NCBI GenBank assembly: GCA_002633005.1
Contig: NMRA01000456.1
Span: 125,147 to 189,146 of the forward strand
Source of the DNA: Phoronis australis
Lineage: Eukaryota; Animalia; Phoronida
DNA length: 64,000 nt
Reading direction: 5' to 3'
Shown here: positions 36,994-51,900 of the stretch, piece after piece
How the letters are laid out: each line of letters begins with the position of its first letter
Numbering within the stretch: the first letter of the stretch is position 1
Translations under genes and position numbers: made by a program
Notes under the pieces: generated by a model
What the model saw: only the letters and a program-made list of their open reading frames with translations
The model's database searches: none
Told to the model about the DNA's origin: nothing

Positions 36994-39900
36994 CTGAGGC
37001 AGGGTTAAGGAAGTCCCAACAAGCTGTACCTTGAAAATGTGGGTCAAAGGAAGAACATACAAACTATACCTTGAAAATGAGGGTCAAAGGAAGAACATAC
37101 AAACTATACCTTGAAAATGTAGGTCAAAGGAAGTACGTGCCAACAATAACTTGAGATTATAGGTAAAAAAAGTGCCTACTAACCGTACCTTGAGAAATTG
37201 GATTTAAGTGGAAACAATACTATGAGCAATTGGATTCTTGGAAGTATTTACCAACCATACCAAGACACTGGGTTAAATGGGAAAGCAACCATATTAAATA
37301 CATTTTTTAATTAAATTACGACTTTCTGGTCATCCTAGAAAATTTTTTGACTCGATAAAGTTCCCCCAGGTCTTAATCAATTACGCATGCGTCACCCCAG
37401 AAGTGATGTCTGGGGTATGAATCATTCCCTGCCAGCTTTGCACGAGTACTCTCAGACAATCCTAGATTGAACTAGAACTCGGTTGAGTGTCAAGTAGTAA
37501 TGATGAAAACAAGATACAATGGAAACACAACACAACAAACTTCACAACATCAAGGAACTATGACACTGTAATTGCACGTTTAGCACACAATATGGTAGAC
37601 AAGTGAAATTTTGGTTTGTCAAATTAAGGAAATATTTAGTTCAGTATCAATTATGCTGCTGGACAGATGTTGCGAAGTTTCAATTAACAGTAGTTACTAC
37701 ATGGTAATCACCAACTGAAAAACAGAACAGTGACTATTTTTTGTGCAAAATAAGTTAAGAATTCCCATACTTAGACCTGTTGTGTCATTTTTCATACTAA
37801 GTAGATGGCACCTTTAGGTTAGACAATAGGGCCACAAAGGATACAGTTGAGATCACCACTTTGGTTTTTTGGAGGACCGGGTAGATTTAACATAACAAGA
37901 TCTGCGTTGTGTGACTTTTCAACAATATGCTCGTTAAGTTTGACTGCAGTGTGCATACGTCGAACATTTCTTTTTTCTCTGAAAAACAAAACAATGTTAC
38001 AATAACAAGAAAACAATGTTACAGTAACACGATCATTGAATACACTATAATTGCTATGATGTAAAGTACACAGATGGGTTTTTGGGCGTGATTCAGCATA
38101 ATTTGATATAATACATTTTTTAGAAAAGTGGAATATTTCTAAAAACAATTTTGCTGTTATGTTACAGCTCTGTTAAAAGCAAATAACTTCAAGAAATCTA
38201 CCCCAACAATACCTTAAAAGCATTTTTCTACCTAAAACCAATTGTGCCTCTTTAATATAACACCCAACATGTACATATATGCAGGGCTGGGTTTACCTAA
38301 AATGAATTCGAGTGCACTACCGGTGATGAATAGTCTGAATTGGGTATACCCTAAATGAATTTGGTATACCCAACTCAATTTCAATTTGCCAAGCATGTCT
38401 AAAATTAATTTACATTACCTCTAAAGTAAATTTGACAGAATCCCGCAAACTTGAACACCACTTTTTTGTTTCGTGTTCATTTCTATGATAAAAAACTTTT
38501 TTGAAAAAACACGTTCGAAATAAGTACTCACGGTTTGATGTCCAACAGTTCTCTAGACTTTCCAGCAGTAAATGTATACAAGTTCCTCTCAGAGAAGGAG
38601 TCAGCCCCACCACTTACATCAGTCACAGCCGATAGCTGCATCGGTGGTTTCAATGTATCATGTGACGGTTTGTCCACAATATCAGACAAGCGTTTAACAG
38701 AGCCTCTGGCTCCACGCTCTATCACAGCAGCGGCAGCATGGGCCACGTCACCAGTAGATTGCACCTTAAGGGTAGAGTAGTAGAGTAAAGCAACTGGTAC
38801 GGTTATGTATCCATTTTGTCATTGCTGAGCCAATGCGACAAACAAATAGCAACCTATATGAAACTGAAGTCATGAAATTTAACCAACGCCAGGCATTATA
38901 TTGTATAAATCTGTTATACGTCATTTCCTGTTGCCTCCTTTTTTTATCATGCGTTTGCTATTTCATTAATCTGTTTGTTTCGTTGGACTATCGTAACTTA
39001 ATATTATTTTGTAACTACCGTTTATGTTTTGATAGTAAAAAACTATTACTACTACTAGTACTAGGACCCGAAAAATATCCAAATTGACTAAATTCGGATA
39101 TCTCAGAAATGGCTGATCAGATTCAAATGAAACTTTAAGATGCTATGCTTTAGGCACTGTTTTCCTAAACGCTGTTAGGAATTGAGAAAATCCACCTTTG
39201 CAGGAGAGGTTATGAAAAAGTAACACTTTTATGAGACTTTGATGAAAAACTCTAGGCTTTCAACATTCAGTGTTTTAAAGACATTTGGCGGAATAGACAG
39301 ACTTTTTGACGAGGTCCTACAAAGCCTTATCTAACACATTCTCAGGCAGCCCATTTACTTGTTTTTATGCAAAAATTCAACTGACACTTTAAATTTTTTT
39401 TTTAGCCTTTAAAGCATGTAAAAGTATGGAGACCAAGTTCATACCACTAGTTGTTGTTCACGCTGTGTTAGTTTCATTTCATTCAACAGCTTGGTTCGTT
39501 GTTCCATCATGAGAGTACGCTCATAAGTATATGCAGAAATGTCACTGTCCATCTGAAAAGTCATATCACAATTTCATTTTATTATCAACACAACAATTGG
39601 TAGATCATTATATAAAGTTTAAGAAAACAACTATGGTAAACAACAGTGCTCACCTGTTTACTGCTCTCGGGTACCTTGTACGCATTTGCAAAGTTTACTA
39701 GTTAATACGAAGATCATAAACCACATCAGGTAAGCATAAGTTCATGAACATCAAAGCATAAAATATCCCCTATACTTGGAATTTCTGAAAATATACCCAC
39801 ACAAAAGTCTGAAAATTTTCCAGTACTGTGCCCATTACTGTATTTTTGGTAGCTGTTAGCAGGTTTTGAAAACGCGATGGATTTTCTGAAGTATGTAATA

Positions 39901-42900
39901 TGTGCTGATGTATAAAATTTTGTTTATTTTGGCAAGACATTACATTTTAGGACCACAATTTCACTGAAATGACTATCGTTCAATGAGATATTGAGTGACC
40001 TTGTTGGTAACTAACAGTATAAGCACAGTGTGAAAGACAATGACAGTTTCCGTAAATATGTACCCTTTCAGAAACTATGTCCGAGGTATTCAGTTTCATA
40101 TGACATTTTCGAATGTCATTTTACAAATATCTGTTCATGGGCCTATTTTTAGAAGTTACTGGTAACAGTAGAACTTACTAGTAGACATTGAACAAGAAGC
40201 GATTGGGCGTAACCAAGGTTTCAAATGATCACTGACAAAACTGAGGAAAATTTTCTAGTTGACGTATCATCCTAAAAGTAAATAGGCTTATGTGATAGAA
40301 AGTTATTGTGTTCTAAAATTTAACAACAAGAAACCTTTTTGTGTGAATAAAGTCAAAATAATGATAAAAAAGAGACAAGGGAGCGGAAACTGGATATCAA
40401 ATAAAAGGAAAATCGAATCCCAAGCCCTGCACAACACAATACCAAGCCCTGCACAACACAATACCAAGCCCTGCAAAACACAGTACCAAGCCCTGAACAA
40501 CACAATACCAAGCCCAGCACAACACAATACCAAGCCCTGCACAACACAATACCAAGCCCTGCACAACACAACACCAAGCACTGCACAACACAATACCAAG
40601 CCCTGCACAATAAACTACCAAGCCCTGCACAACGCAATACCAAATGAGCGTAACATACCATTTCGACAACAGCCACTTCCGCAGTTATTCTTAAGTGATA
40701 CAGAAATGTCTCCAAGTCTTTCTTCATCTGGATACTGTTATCTTCCACCTCTGTTTAACGAGTTAAGTGATGCCGCCGGATTGAGTGTAAGTGAACAGAA
40801 CACCACCTGGTGTTAGTTTACTGCCATCAGCATGAGCAGTATAGGTACTCAATTTTACTGGATAATGTCAACGCTTTTGCAGGAACACTGCATTGACCAA
40901 AAAGGTGTAGGTCAACTGCAGTTAGTCAACATGTAATATTTATGCTAATTAATCTCATTACAATAAAGATGACATTTCATATTCCTGCAGCTCTACAATT
41001 TCACATGTTCCACTTAATCTGTATACCCAAAAGTAATTGTCAACATCACTGCTTTACCTGCCTGTTCATTTGCGCATGGTCCAATGAAGGACAGATTTAT
41101 TTTCTGTTCATTTCGTACATAACAGGCTCACATTAATTCCAAAATTTTGCACATCAGTTGATAGCCGTAGTTGTGTCTGAAGTTACGTACAGTGATATCT
41201 TCCTGATTGTGTTAAAAGTGATGTAACAGTAAAGTTAATCCTAAAGTACAACTCAGTTGGTCTGTGTCAAGAAGCATTTGAATTTACATCACAGCCAAGC
41301 ATAAACTGGATTCACAAAGGACTGTTTTACAAGTTAAACATCCATTAAGATGTGGCGTGCATTGTTAGTTTATAACATCATTTTGGCTTGTGGTATCATT
41401 CAAATTGTCACACATCCTAAAAACAGATGCTCATAATAGTGCCAAAGAATTGACCAATCAAATACATCCACCCAATGATTGATGCAGATACTTTTCCAAA
41501 TTTTCCATATAAGATAATCCACTTTTCTGCTTATTCTGCACACCCCACCTGTTGTGAGAAATTGTAGAGCGGCTACAGTCTGCATGCTACTGAAAACAAT
41601 AACTGTCGAGAAAATGTATAACACATCTACTGCCAAATAAATGAGAAACAGTCCTAATGGCCAATAGATGGTGCCACTGTCAAGAGACTGATACTGACAC
41701 AATGCAGCAATAATTTATTCTGTCGTAAACCTCATGGTAAAATCTCACAATAGCAGATGTCTTTGAGTAAAAGGATACGTGCTACGGTGAATATTCGTAG
41801 TTTACAGCTCTTCCACACTTTGTGTTGTTGCAGCAGAAAAGGGAGCAACATCAGCATGCCACCATCATCTGTACACGTCAAGGAAACCAACTAATGCATG
41901 TCATTTATACAGGAAACAGTCAGTGGAGACCTCACTTGAGGGATGCAAGAAACAGTCATTGGATTCGTCACTGCAGGGTACAAGACGAATAGAGGAATTC
42001 TCGTTTCGTTTAACTTCTCACCAAAAATAAAATTTTACAAAACCAAATGCAAATTTCCCATGTTACGGACATTCATATATTAGTGTTAAAGTTACACACA
42101 ATCTTCATCAGGTGACTGACTACAAAGTGTAGAATAAAAAGGTCATGTTCCGTAGCATTCTCCACTACAGTCACACAGTTTATGAAAGGATAACAACTTA
42201 TTGGAAAAATCAATAATGAAATTTTTCTGTACTAATAAGTGCATTCAGAATGTGACAAGGTAACAATTGAAACATAATCTTATCCACCTGTATTTTATCT
42301 TTGCATTGATAACTTGAACACCAGTTTTACGTTGACATGACCACTACAGTTACTTCAGTAAAAACTAATGATAATTCAGTTTAAATGGCAGTCAATATTC
42401 CTTCAATGGTTAATCCCCTGGATAAATGTCCTGCACCAACCTCCCTTTAGTGGAGCGATATTCATTTTCCTAGATTCTCAGATTGAAATTCTTTTCTCAA
42501 TGTTTGGATGCCGTCATTTTTGGCCATACGATCACTGTTGAAGGAGTATAGCCAGAAACAGTTCATTTTTTACCAATATGGTCAATGTTCAAGGACTGTA
42601 GCCATAGACACAGTTGGTGTTCAAATTGACTTGACTGCACAATTCAAATACTTAAATCTCAACGATTTTTATCGGTCATTCAACATTGTACTCAAGTCAC
42701 TTATCAAAGAAGTGAAAACATAAATATTGTTGAGTAACAGGAGTAAAGGATACGGACAATCCACCAAACATCTATCGTGCCATGACACTTGTCTTGAGAG
42801 GACGGGAACTGTTGAATATTCTTGGCCACAAGTAGTGCCTGTTGAGCATGGTTACAGTTGCGAACAGTTTCTGAAAATTAATAATGTGAAGATTAACAAC

Positions 42901-45900
42901 AGACAGCAGAAAAGATGAATCATTAACGGGACTCCCAACTGATATTGCAACAGAAAACCTGAAAGGCAAATTAAAGTTTCTTTATATATTTCCAAGCTTG
43001 GAAGAATGGCACTTGGTAAATGAGATTATACACGATCAAAACAGAGCCTTAGTACGGAATAAATTCTCCAATTTGGCAGTCCCTAAAATTTGGAACACAT
43101 AAATTCCCACCAAAACTGAATATTCTTGATTCTGGAAATTGGGACAAGGGCGATTTTGGAAGGCACCATGTTTCTCAAATTTCGGAACGTGTTTTCACGA
43201 ATTTAGGACGACAAATATAGCTCCGACCTTGAGCAAAATAGTTAATTTTTCACTGTCCAAATTCGGCAATTTTTACCTTAATCTTATACGTCAATACAAC
43301 AAGAGTAATGCAAAAAAGTTGATTACCATAACTGTATACCAGCCTTTTAACTGATCAAATCAGTGCGAGTCAACAAGCACACAATGAGCACACTTGTAGC
43401 TCTGTGTTTTGGTACACTGACATAAAGTCAAATGAAAGTACCAAGGCAACACTGGGAAACAAAAGTGTTATCTCTCACCTAAAAATGTACTGTGAGACTC
43501 TTCGTCAGCACTGTGGCGCCATCCATAGGGCCAACCAACAACTACAGTATTGGGTCGTAAACCACCCAACCCACCAGCCTGAATCCTGTAAAGTCAACAA
43601 CAAATAACAGTTATTCAATAACACAGACATGAATTCAACCATCCAGCACATTACATCACACGATAACGTGCTCACCTAAGTTATCAACCAAGACACTTAA
43701 AATACAGATATTTATACACAAAAAATCAAAGGATGGGTGACAAGCTAAGCCTGTGTTTCTAGAAACATTTGATAATTTTAGGAAGTTGGGAGTAGGTGTT
43801 TACCGGAATAGCAAATCCAAGTTAATGGCCAGGCAGTTGTGTTAATGTCACCTACTTGATATGGAAGAACACAACAAAACAACACCAGCAAATAGAGAAT
43901 GTTTGTGGGGGGGGCACTCCCACAAAGGATGTAAAGATATCCAACAGTGTACAAAGTGATATTACTGCTGATACGTACATTATGTTTGTCCACCACATAG
44001 CACAATACCATTCGGATGATGACATGATTTGAACAAACAAATAGAAATAGAAATAAGCAGTTGCATTACATTTCCAAAAAAAAAGGCAAATCTTGGACTT
44101 TTTTCAACTCGGGTAACCAGGGGGTAATTTAGCACTTGAAATGCTTACAAAATTATAGGTATGGTCTGATTGGGGTGCTACAACGGTTGCACCCATTGCA
44201 TGCTCCTGGGAAGTTGAGCAGGATAGTATTGACCATGTCCAAGCCCATATGATTTCCAAAGTGCTCAGTAATTTACAGAATTGGCCTAAATACTAAATAT
44301 CTTTATAACTATGGAAATTTAATTTTATTTGACTGGCTCCAAAATGATGTCATACTAAACAAACTACCAACAACACATTACTTACATGTAAGTTATGCCA
44401 TCCACCACATCACGGGAGACTATAGTCTCTACTAGTCCTTTAATTTTGTGACTCTCCAACACTTTATTCAAAGTCTGTAATGACAAATATTGTTTAAAAT
44501 TTAGTAAACCACTTAAAGTAAACAGCAGACATGAGTAACAAACTGGTGTCTAGTACAGTGTGATGCTTCAAAATACTCAACCTTGCGTGCTGATAAATAT
44601 TTAGAAAAGATCACAGTTCAATTGGCAGGAGAGAAATAGTATTCACAACAACTATTGATTGCAGTTAATCAAGTATCTACAACAGCTGGTGATATATTGC
44701 AGCCAGCAGATAAAATGGCAATACTCTGATATAACGTGCCCACATTTTAAAAACCAGTTGATGCTCGTTATTCAGAGATTCTCGAAATACTACTACGTTA
44801 TATCCGACTACTAACGGTAAAACTATGATGATGCTACCACGTTATATCAGGACCATTACCGGTAAAAGTAAGTCGATTATATACCTGCTTGGCAGCCAAC
44901 ATGTCAGCGTATCTGTCTTGAAAGTCACCTTTTAGTATAGATGCCACCAATGTCAGACCTTTACCTGGGATCAACGTATGAAAGCAGGTGGTAAGGGACA
45001 AGTCCAAAACAATAAACCAAGCGTATTCACACCAACTGATAACTTTAAAGCCAATTTTTCAAAGAATTTTGTGACAGTGTTCTTAGTTGGAAATCCACAT
45101 CAGTTTTATTTTAAGTGCCAAATGTATAGCATCTCTAGAAACCACCTAATTTCATTTGTTTCTTAGCTAATTTCATAGGCAGGGTGCTAAAAAGAAAATT
45201 CTGAGATTGTTAGAAGTTTAGCCAGATGATGGCGATTAAAATGACTGTAAACCACTTTTGAAAAAAAGTCAAAATTCAAGTATTCCCAAAACGAGAAGTT
45301 GAGGTCATTATAATTCGTGGTCATTAATAGTACGTCTAATAGTGAACTCTACCCTCTTGCCACCTTCTACCTGTCGGTGATAGAACTGTTGATAATTTCT
45401 AAGGACTCCTGGGGTCCATTTCATTAAAGTGACTTAAGACATGAGACAGAAATTTGGTCTTACGCACCAACTTCAGAATTGTGATGTCAAATTCCAGTCT
45501 TGGGAATGTTCAAATGGTGTCCAGTCATCTCATAGGTCATTTTACACCACAACACAAAATCACTTTAAAATTGATAGATAATACCTACTGATACTTACAA
45601 CTATTCATTACGCCAATGAATGAATATGGAAACTACACGACGGCCACATGACAATAATCATGACAAATTACCATCTCGAACCAAAGAATCATTACTTAAT
45701 CTTGATCGTTCTTTATAAAGATATGGATCAGTTGTACATTTTACAGATCAACACATTAAATGTCATTTATTTATTGCTTTTAGCATACCTAGATAAACAT
45801 GATCACGCCATGGACCGAATGGAGTTCATACTTTGCTTCAATGGGAAGATTCGCTGAAGTTATCTCAATTTATCAGAGTTCGAGGTTTGCTATTTTGGCT

Positions 45901-48900
45901 TGACCTAATTAACACAGCATGGGACAAATCCTGGGTGTCTATAAAACACTGCATTTTTCATTCAAAAAGTACCGATATTTTGGTTTCGTGAAAATTTCCC
46001 ATTAGTCTGACAAAGCACGTGAATCAAATGCAAAAAACCTAAAATAACCGAGTACCTGCTTTAAGCTGGCTAGCAAAGTCGAATAAAGCAGGGTACTTGG
46101 GATCCAAGTCTGGCTTCAGTTTACACAGAACAAGTAGCTGTGGCCTCCAGTTCTTGGTGTGAGGTGGGCCGTCTTCCAGCTTAAGCAGTGCATATCTGGC
46201 AGCTGACAGGGCTAAACCACGCAGACCGTCACCCCATTCCTTCTCAGCTCTGCAAGGGAGACAGTAAATAGCAGTTTTGTTTGGAAGGCACAATTATTTG
46301 CTTGGAAACAAATACCAGCCTCTCCTTATTCTCATTCACTAATAGCCTTAATATACTTGACTGAATCAGTAACAATTTAAAATCGGAAGAATACTATTTC
46401 ACACAAAACAGTAGAATGAATGTTCAGTGTCCCACTCTGTTAGTATAATGAGTGATACCACGGAGGATAAAAACGGAGTAGAAAAACCCATGAGCTGGTT
46501 GAAATTAGGTCGGGAAGCCCTCCATAACAGAGAACGAGAATATGACTTAGCGTCTACACCACCCATTTTTCCTGAGGTGGCAATAGGTGTCTCACCTGGC
46601 TACCATATGACGGGAGAGGCCAGAAAAAATTCAATCAGTCGACTATGAAGAAGGGCGCAAAACCTATGTCAACTAACCCAACTAGACCCCCAAAAGGATC
46701 ACTCTTTCATCACTCATCACACTTTGAGTCACTAGATATCAACGTTCAACTAAAACACCAGTGAATGGCAGGTAATCAGTTATCTTACCCTTTGTATTCA
46801 ATGTACTTGTAGATGCCAAAGGCTATAATCATGGCTCCCAGCGCGTAATACCAGGAAGAAATAAACATCAGCGCAATACACAGGCCTAACCCCAGCAGGG
46901 ACAGAGTCCTACAATAATAAATCAACACTTATAACGCAAACTACATTATGGTTTTGTATAACGAACTTCAAATGACAAAAATCAGGAAATACCAAGCCAG
47001 TGTGACTTTTATGTTTTAAAACAAGTTTAGTAAATCTCAAACAAGGAAACATGTTTAAAATTCTCTTTGAAACTGATCAATAGAGAGACAATCGTGTTCA
47101 TTTTTCTCCAGACTGAGTGTACCCACAAAAACTTGGGCAGAAAACATGGCCCAATTGCCATTCATTGGCATACCTGATTACAATTACACCATCTCCCTAT
47201 ACTTACACAAAATGCATTACTCATCATACAGTATGTAATTGTGTAGAAACAGCATGCTGCAGGGTGCACGCAACACACTGCTCATAGCTTTGCATACACG
47301 AAACACTCACCAGTGGTAAAACCTGAAGCGAGGTCTCCAACTTGGGGTTTTCAGGATAGACTGGAGTGAGCAAGCCAGGTTGACAAAGCCGTAACACATG
47401 AGAAAGAACATGGTTATGATGGGTGCCACACTGTCAAGGTTACCAATGAGGATCCCAATCTCAGAGATACAGACCGTGAGGAGAAGGGCACGGAATGGCT
47501 CGCCTTTCTTTGTGGTCACCTCAAAGACATTGATGAAGGGAATCACACCGTCTTTAGCAATGGCCTGTAGCAACCGCGGAGCACCTAGGTAGTTTTGAAA
47601 ACAATAGTTTCAATTATCTTGCTGGATAAGATTGTTAAGATGACAATAATCAGAAACTTGAGTATTCGTAGACGGTGTAGGTAGATAATAGTCTGAACTA
47701 TACGCGCAGTTACTATAATCCCTTGAGTATTCATTGGCAAAAAAATCCACAAAGTTTATCTCAGCTGTGTAACGCAGCAAGCATGGGGAGTGTGAATGAA
47801 TGCAACGCCTCACAAAAAGCATGAATATGTAAGAAGTGTCAACATAGGTAGAAATGTTTAGTTGTTCACAATGCAGTGCAGCAGTTAAGATGTGGTTTAA
47901 CCTTGCATCCTCAAATTACATGTAATGTAGAACTACTACGTAACCATGGCAGACATTTCTAATAGAAAGAGCAACATGGTTACTGATTATCAGTGCATTT
48001 GTACACTTAGCAAAACATGCATTCATTGACGAGTCATAACAGCAATTTATAGATTGGGTCTGTTCACACACTATGACTCATTGAGACTGTTGACACACTA
48101 TGACTCATTTACCAGTAAGACTTTGTAGTCCAGCACCAAGAGTGGATAGGAAGGAACCAATCATAATCACGTATGGATGTGGCCAGGCAATATTAGCTAC
48201 AACCATGCTGCCAGATATACTCTCACCAAACCTACAATAAAGTCAACCATCACTGCAAAGACAAAGGAGAGCATGATGGGCTATATGAACAAAGAGAACA
48301 CAGAAGACAGTTCACTGAGAAGTATTAAGTACAAGTAACATTCCAACATGTTCAATGCAACACTGTGCTGGACACAGGTTTTAACCATGCATCCTGACAA
48401 AGGACTTGGTGATAGAAACAAACACATGGACAAATACGCATTAAATCAAAGGTAATGTTGTTGTGAGACAGTATTCCTATTATCACTATAGTAAACACAT
48501 TGGAGGTTTCAGTGCACGTACTATTAGAACATTCAGTAATTTCCACATACTTATCTCGCAACAATAACCCGTCTACGCAGCCAGAGAAGAAGAGTACACA
48601 AGTCAGATCTAGGAATTGGTTAAGGAAAATGAGTCAAATATCAACACAACTCAAATGCACAAACACTACCAAATCAACCCACTGTTATTTACAACAATTA
48701 CAAAGACTTCAAAGCTAGACTCGACACTAACTACTCCGAGTCCAGGTTGAGTCAACTGGTAATTAGCATGTATAAGGAACAGCCACAAGGATACAGACAA
48801 AAGATGTGGTGGCGATGGCACAGATTGTTCCAATAGGAATTGAGCTGGAAGCATCTCTCAAGTCACCAGACCGATTGGAGCCTGCCATGATACCTATAAG

Positions 48901-51900
48901 CAGAAGACTGTTGGACTTAACTGTATGTCATGAGACACACTGACAGGGACCTGAATACTAGAACACCGTATGTAGTTATTAACAAATTTACATAATCAAG
49001 GTTGTAAAGAGATATAGCATCTTTCTTCATCTCGTGTTATTATTGGTTGTACTTCGGGAGCAAATTTTCCGAAAGGCACAATTGATTAAATACACAACAT
49101 TTGTTGCAGTTAACGGTCTTTATTCTGTTCCGTTCGTATCCTCGGAACAAAGTTCTACACTCAACAGAACATTGGTGAAGCGACTTACCAAGAGACATGA
49201 TTAAAAGACACACAATATTTCGAATCATACTTGTTACTAACGACAAGTATCGTGTATTTAATCAATTTGCATAGTGTTATTATGTGAATTCCTCGAATGC
49301 ACTTGCTTGCTAGAGGACAACAAAAACAGACTGGACATCGGACACAAACAAGGTAATAAGCCTACCTGTAACTGAGGGGAAGAATATGCCCAACATTATC
49401 ATGAACGTTGTGGTTATGTCAGCAACAATTAGCCCATTACTCTTAGCACTCTGCACCACCTCATCACTGCCATAGAGAGAACCTTCAGTAGCATATTCAC
49501 TCCACACATTCTCTGAAACCAACAACAGTCCAAGTACAGATAACAGTTTGAATACAGGCTGTGATAGGCTGCAAAATAAGAGCAAACAATTTAATAACAT
49601 GGTATTTAGATGCTTAAAACCTGATGTAATATGAAACTTCTACCATGCCTAGTTGTATAATAACTTGGGTTTCCCATCAGTCACTGACCCCTGTGCCTGA
49701 CATATGCCCACCTCTTACCAATGCACAGTAGCATACGCTCCATTAACATGTTCGTTTTTATGAATTAAAGCTAGCCATAGTCATAGTGACTTCTACCTGT
49801 AGCCGACTTATATAATGCATTTGATATTAAGCTGTGTTATAAAAAATTTACACGCCCACGAGGGATGTCATTCCATCTAGGATAGACTTATTGCAGATTT
49901 TTCACATAATGCATAACATTTGCATAGTGTTGGATGTTTCAATACAGAGCTTTAATGGACAGCTGAAGCATGTACATACCGCTTTAATACTTCAAGACAA
50001 TCAAATAAGTATCCAAAGGTATAGGCAATGAACAAGCAACACAAAATCAATGGTCGGGTTGACAAAATCTTGGCCTCGCAATATCAAAGGTACTACACTA
50101 AGAAAAGACAATTGTATTGAATATTTATAGACAAACAATTATTTAAACCTGATTTATGAAAATGACTGTCCCAACTAAAAGTACACGTCAGAAGCAATGA
50201 TGATGCAAGTGTGCTGAACATTACTACGACCCAGTAATAGTTATACTATTGTCCTGAAGTGTAAACTATGATCTAGCCATATACTACTGCCCTGAAGTGT
50301 AAACTATGATCTAGCCATATACTACAGTCCTGAAGTGTAAACTATGATCTAGCCATATACTACTGCCCTGAAGTGTAAACTATGATCTAGCCATATACTA
50401 CAGTCCTGAAGTGTAAACTATGATCTAGCCATATACTACTGCCCTGAAGTGTAAACTATGATCTAGCCATATACTACTGTCCTGAAGTTTACTATACATG
50501 GTATTGATGCTGGTCATGAACACTATGAGAATAAACAGTAGATTCCACTGACCAGAGAAAACCCCACTGCCGAGGCCAGGTATGCCTGGTCTGTACTCTA
50601 TCTCACTCTTGACAAAGAATGGGTCGCACACTCGAGTATGGTTACTATTCTGTGGACACCAAAGATTGTACAGAGGTAGGGTAACATTGGTTCCATATAG
50701 TGTAGCATTCTTTGTACAGTACACTTGGTCATTATACTTCAACACTTTGTCTGACAGCAGCTGTCCTCCCAGGACACAAATCCTGCAAAATACACAGTTA
50801 GTTTAGTGATACAAGCTAAGCCACAAATGATCACTAATTACTACAAACATTTTGAAACAGGAAATTAACAAGAGAACCATCCCACCACGAGCCCCTGAGT
50901 CAGTTCCTCATCCCACCATGGGCCCCTGAATCGGTTCTAAAGGTTGATAGTAGTCAGCTAGAATATATAATAACAGAATTCAAATTTGTGTGCATTTCAG
51001 TGACACTGGATTAATTTGCAATTTGAAGGGAGCAAAGTTCACAGCACATGCGTGTCCCTGGATGCACAACACTGTTGAGGCTTCTTCACACATCCATCAG
51101 TCAGTGACTAAGGAACTACATTTTCATCCCTGATGGCTGACTTTGAAAAGATAAGTGCTCAATTGTTGTTGCTAGCAAACTGTAACTTTGAAATCATCGT
51201 GTACTTTTTGGCTTTCTGCAAATGTCAGTCCGGACATTGTACCAGAAGGTCGCACATTTTCGAGTCCCGTGGTAACTTTGGCGTAAGATTTTGTTGATCA
51301 AATTTGAACTCAAGTATGACCAACAGCAGTACAAGAGGTCAATAAAATTGTCTTTTGAACAACTTTACCTAAGTCACTGATCATCAAAACTGAGTTTCCA
51401 ATGAGCATAAAAACATGACATCAAATCCTCCATGAGTACGCAACAAAGCAATACTACACAACCAAAAGTACCTACATGGTATTTTACAAAAAATCCCACC
51501 CCTCCTGATAATCACCGCATGTGTAATAAGACAGAGTCTTTCCACAATAAATGTACACAGGTGGCCATGAGGGAAGAGAAGGAGAACGCACGATGTTTAG
51601 TGAAAATGGTTAATAACTGGTAATACTGCATTTGAGTTGACAGAGGATTTAACGGCATTCTTTGTGAACCCGAGATAACTGGACTGACCGAGGTAAAGTT
51701 ATTTACAAAACAGGTTTAGCTGGCCACTCGTTCCTCTCAGACTTCAGCTGCTTCACTCTTCTATATTATTCTACTACCCATGCATTGTATAAGCATACTA
51801 CACCCATTGCACCCACAACCTTGTAACCTTGATCATGAAAACCCGATTACAACAGCAGAACAGGTGTAATTGCATTATGGGGGAACTTAAGTTACATTAA

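Noticed and set aside
40292-40816. Several overlapping ORFs with Cys-rich or periodic peptides
   Set aside because: Products of the 22-bp minisatellite; only 40659-40750 is a real KCC exon.
50243-50493. 38-bp repeats (also the 43-, 40- and 53-bp arrays) of CRISPR-like length
   Set aside because: The units are contiguous without unique spacers, there are no cas genes, and the context is a eukaryotic intron.
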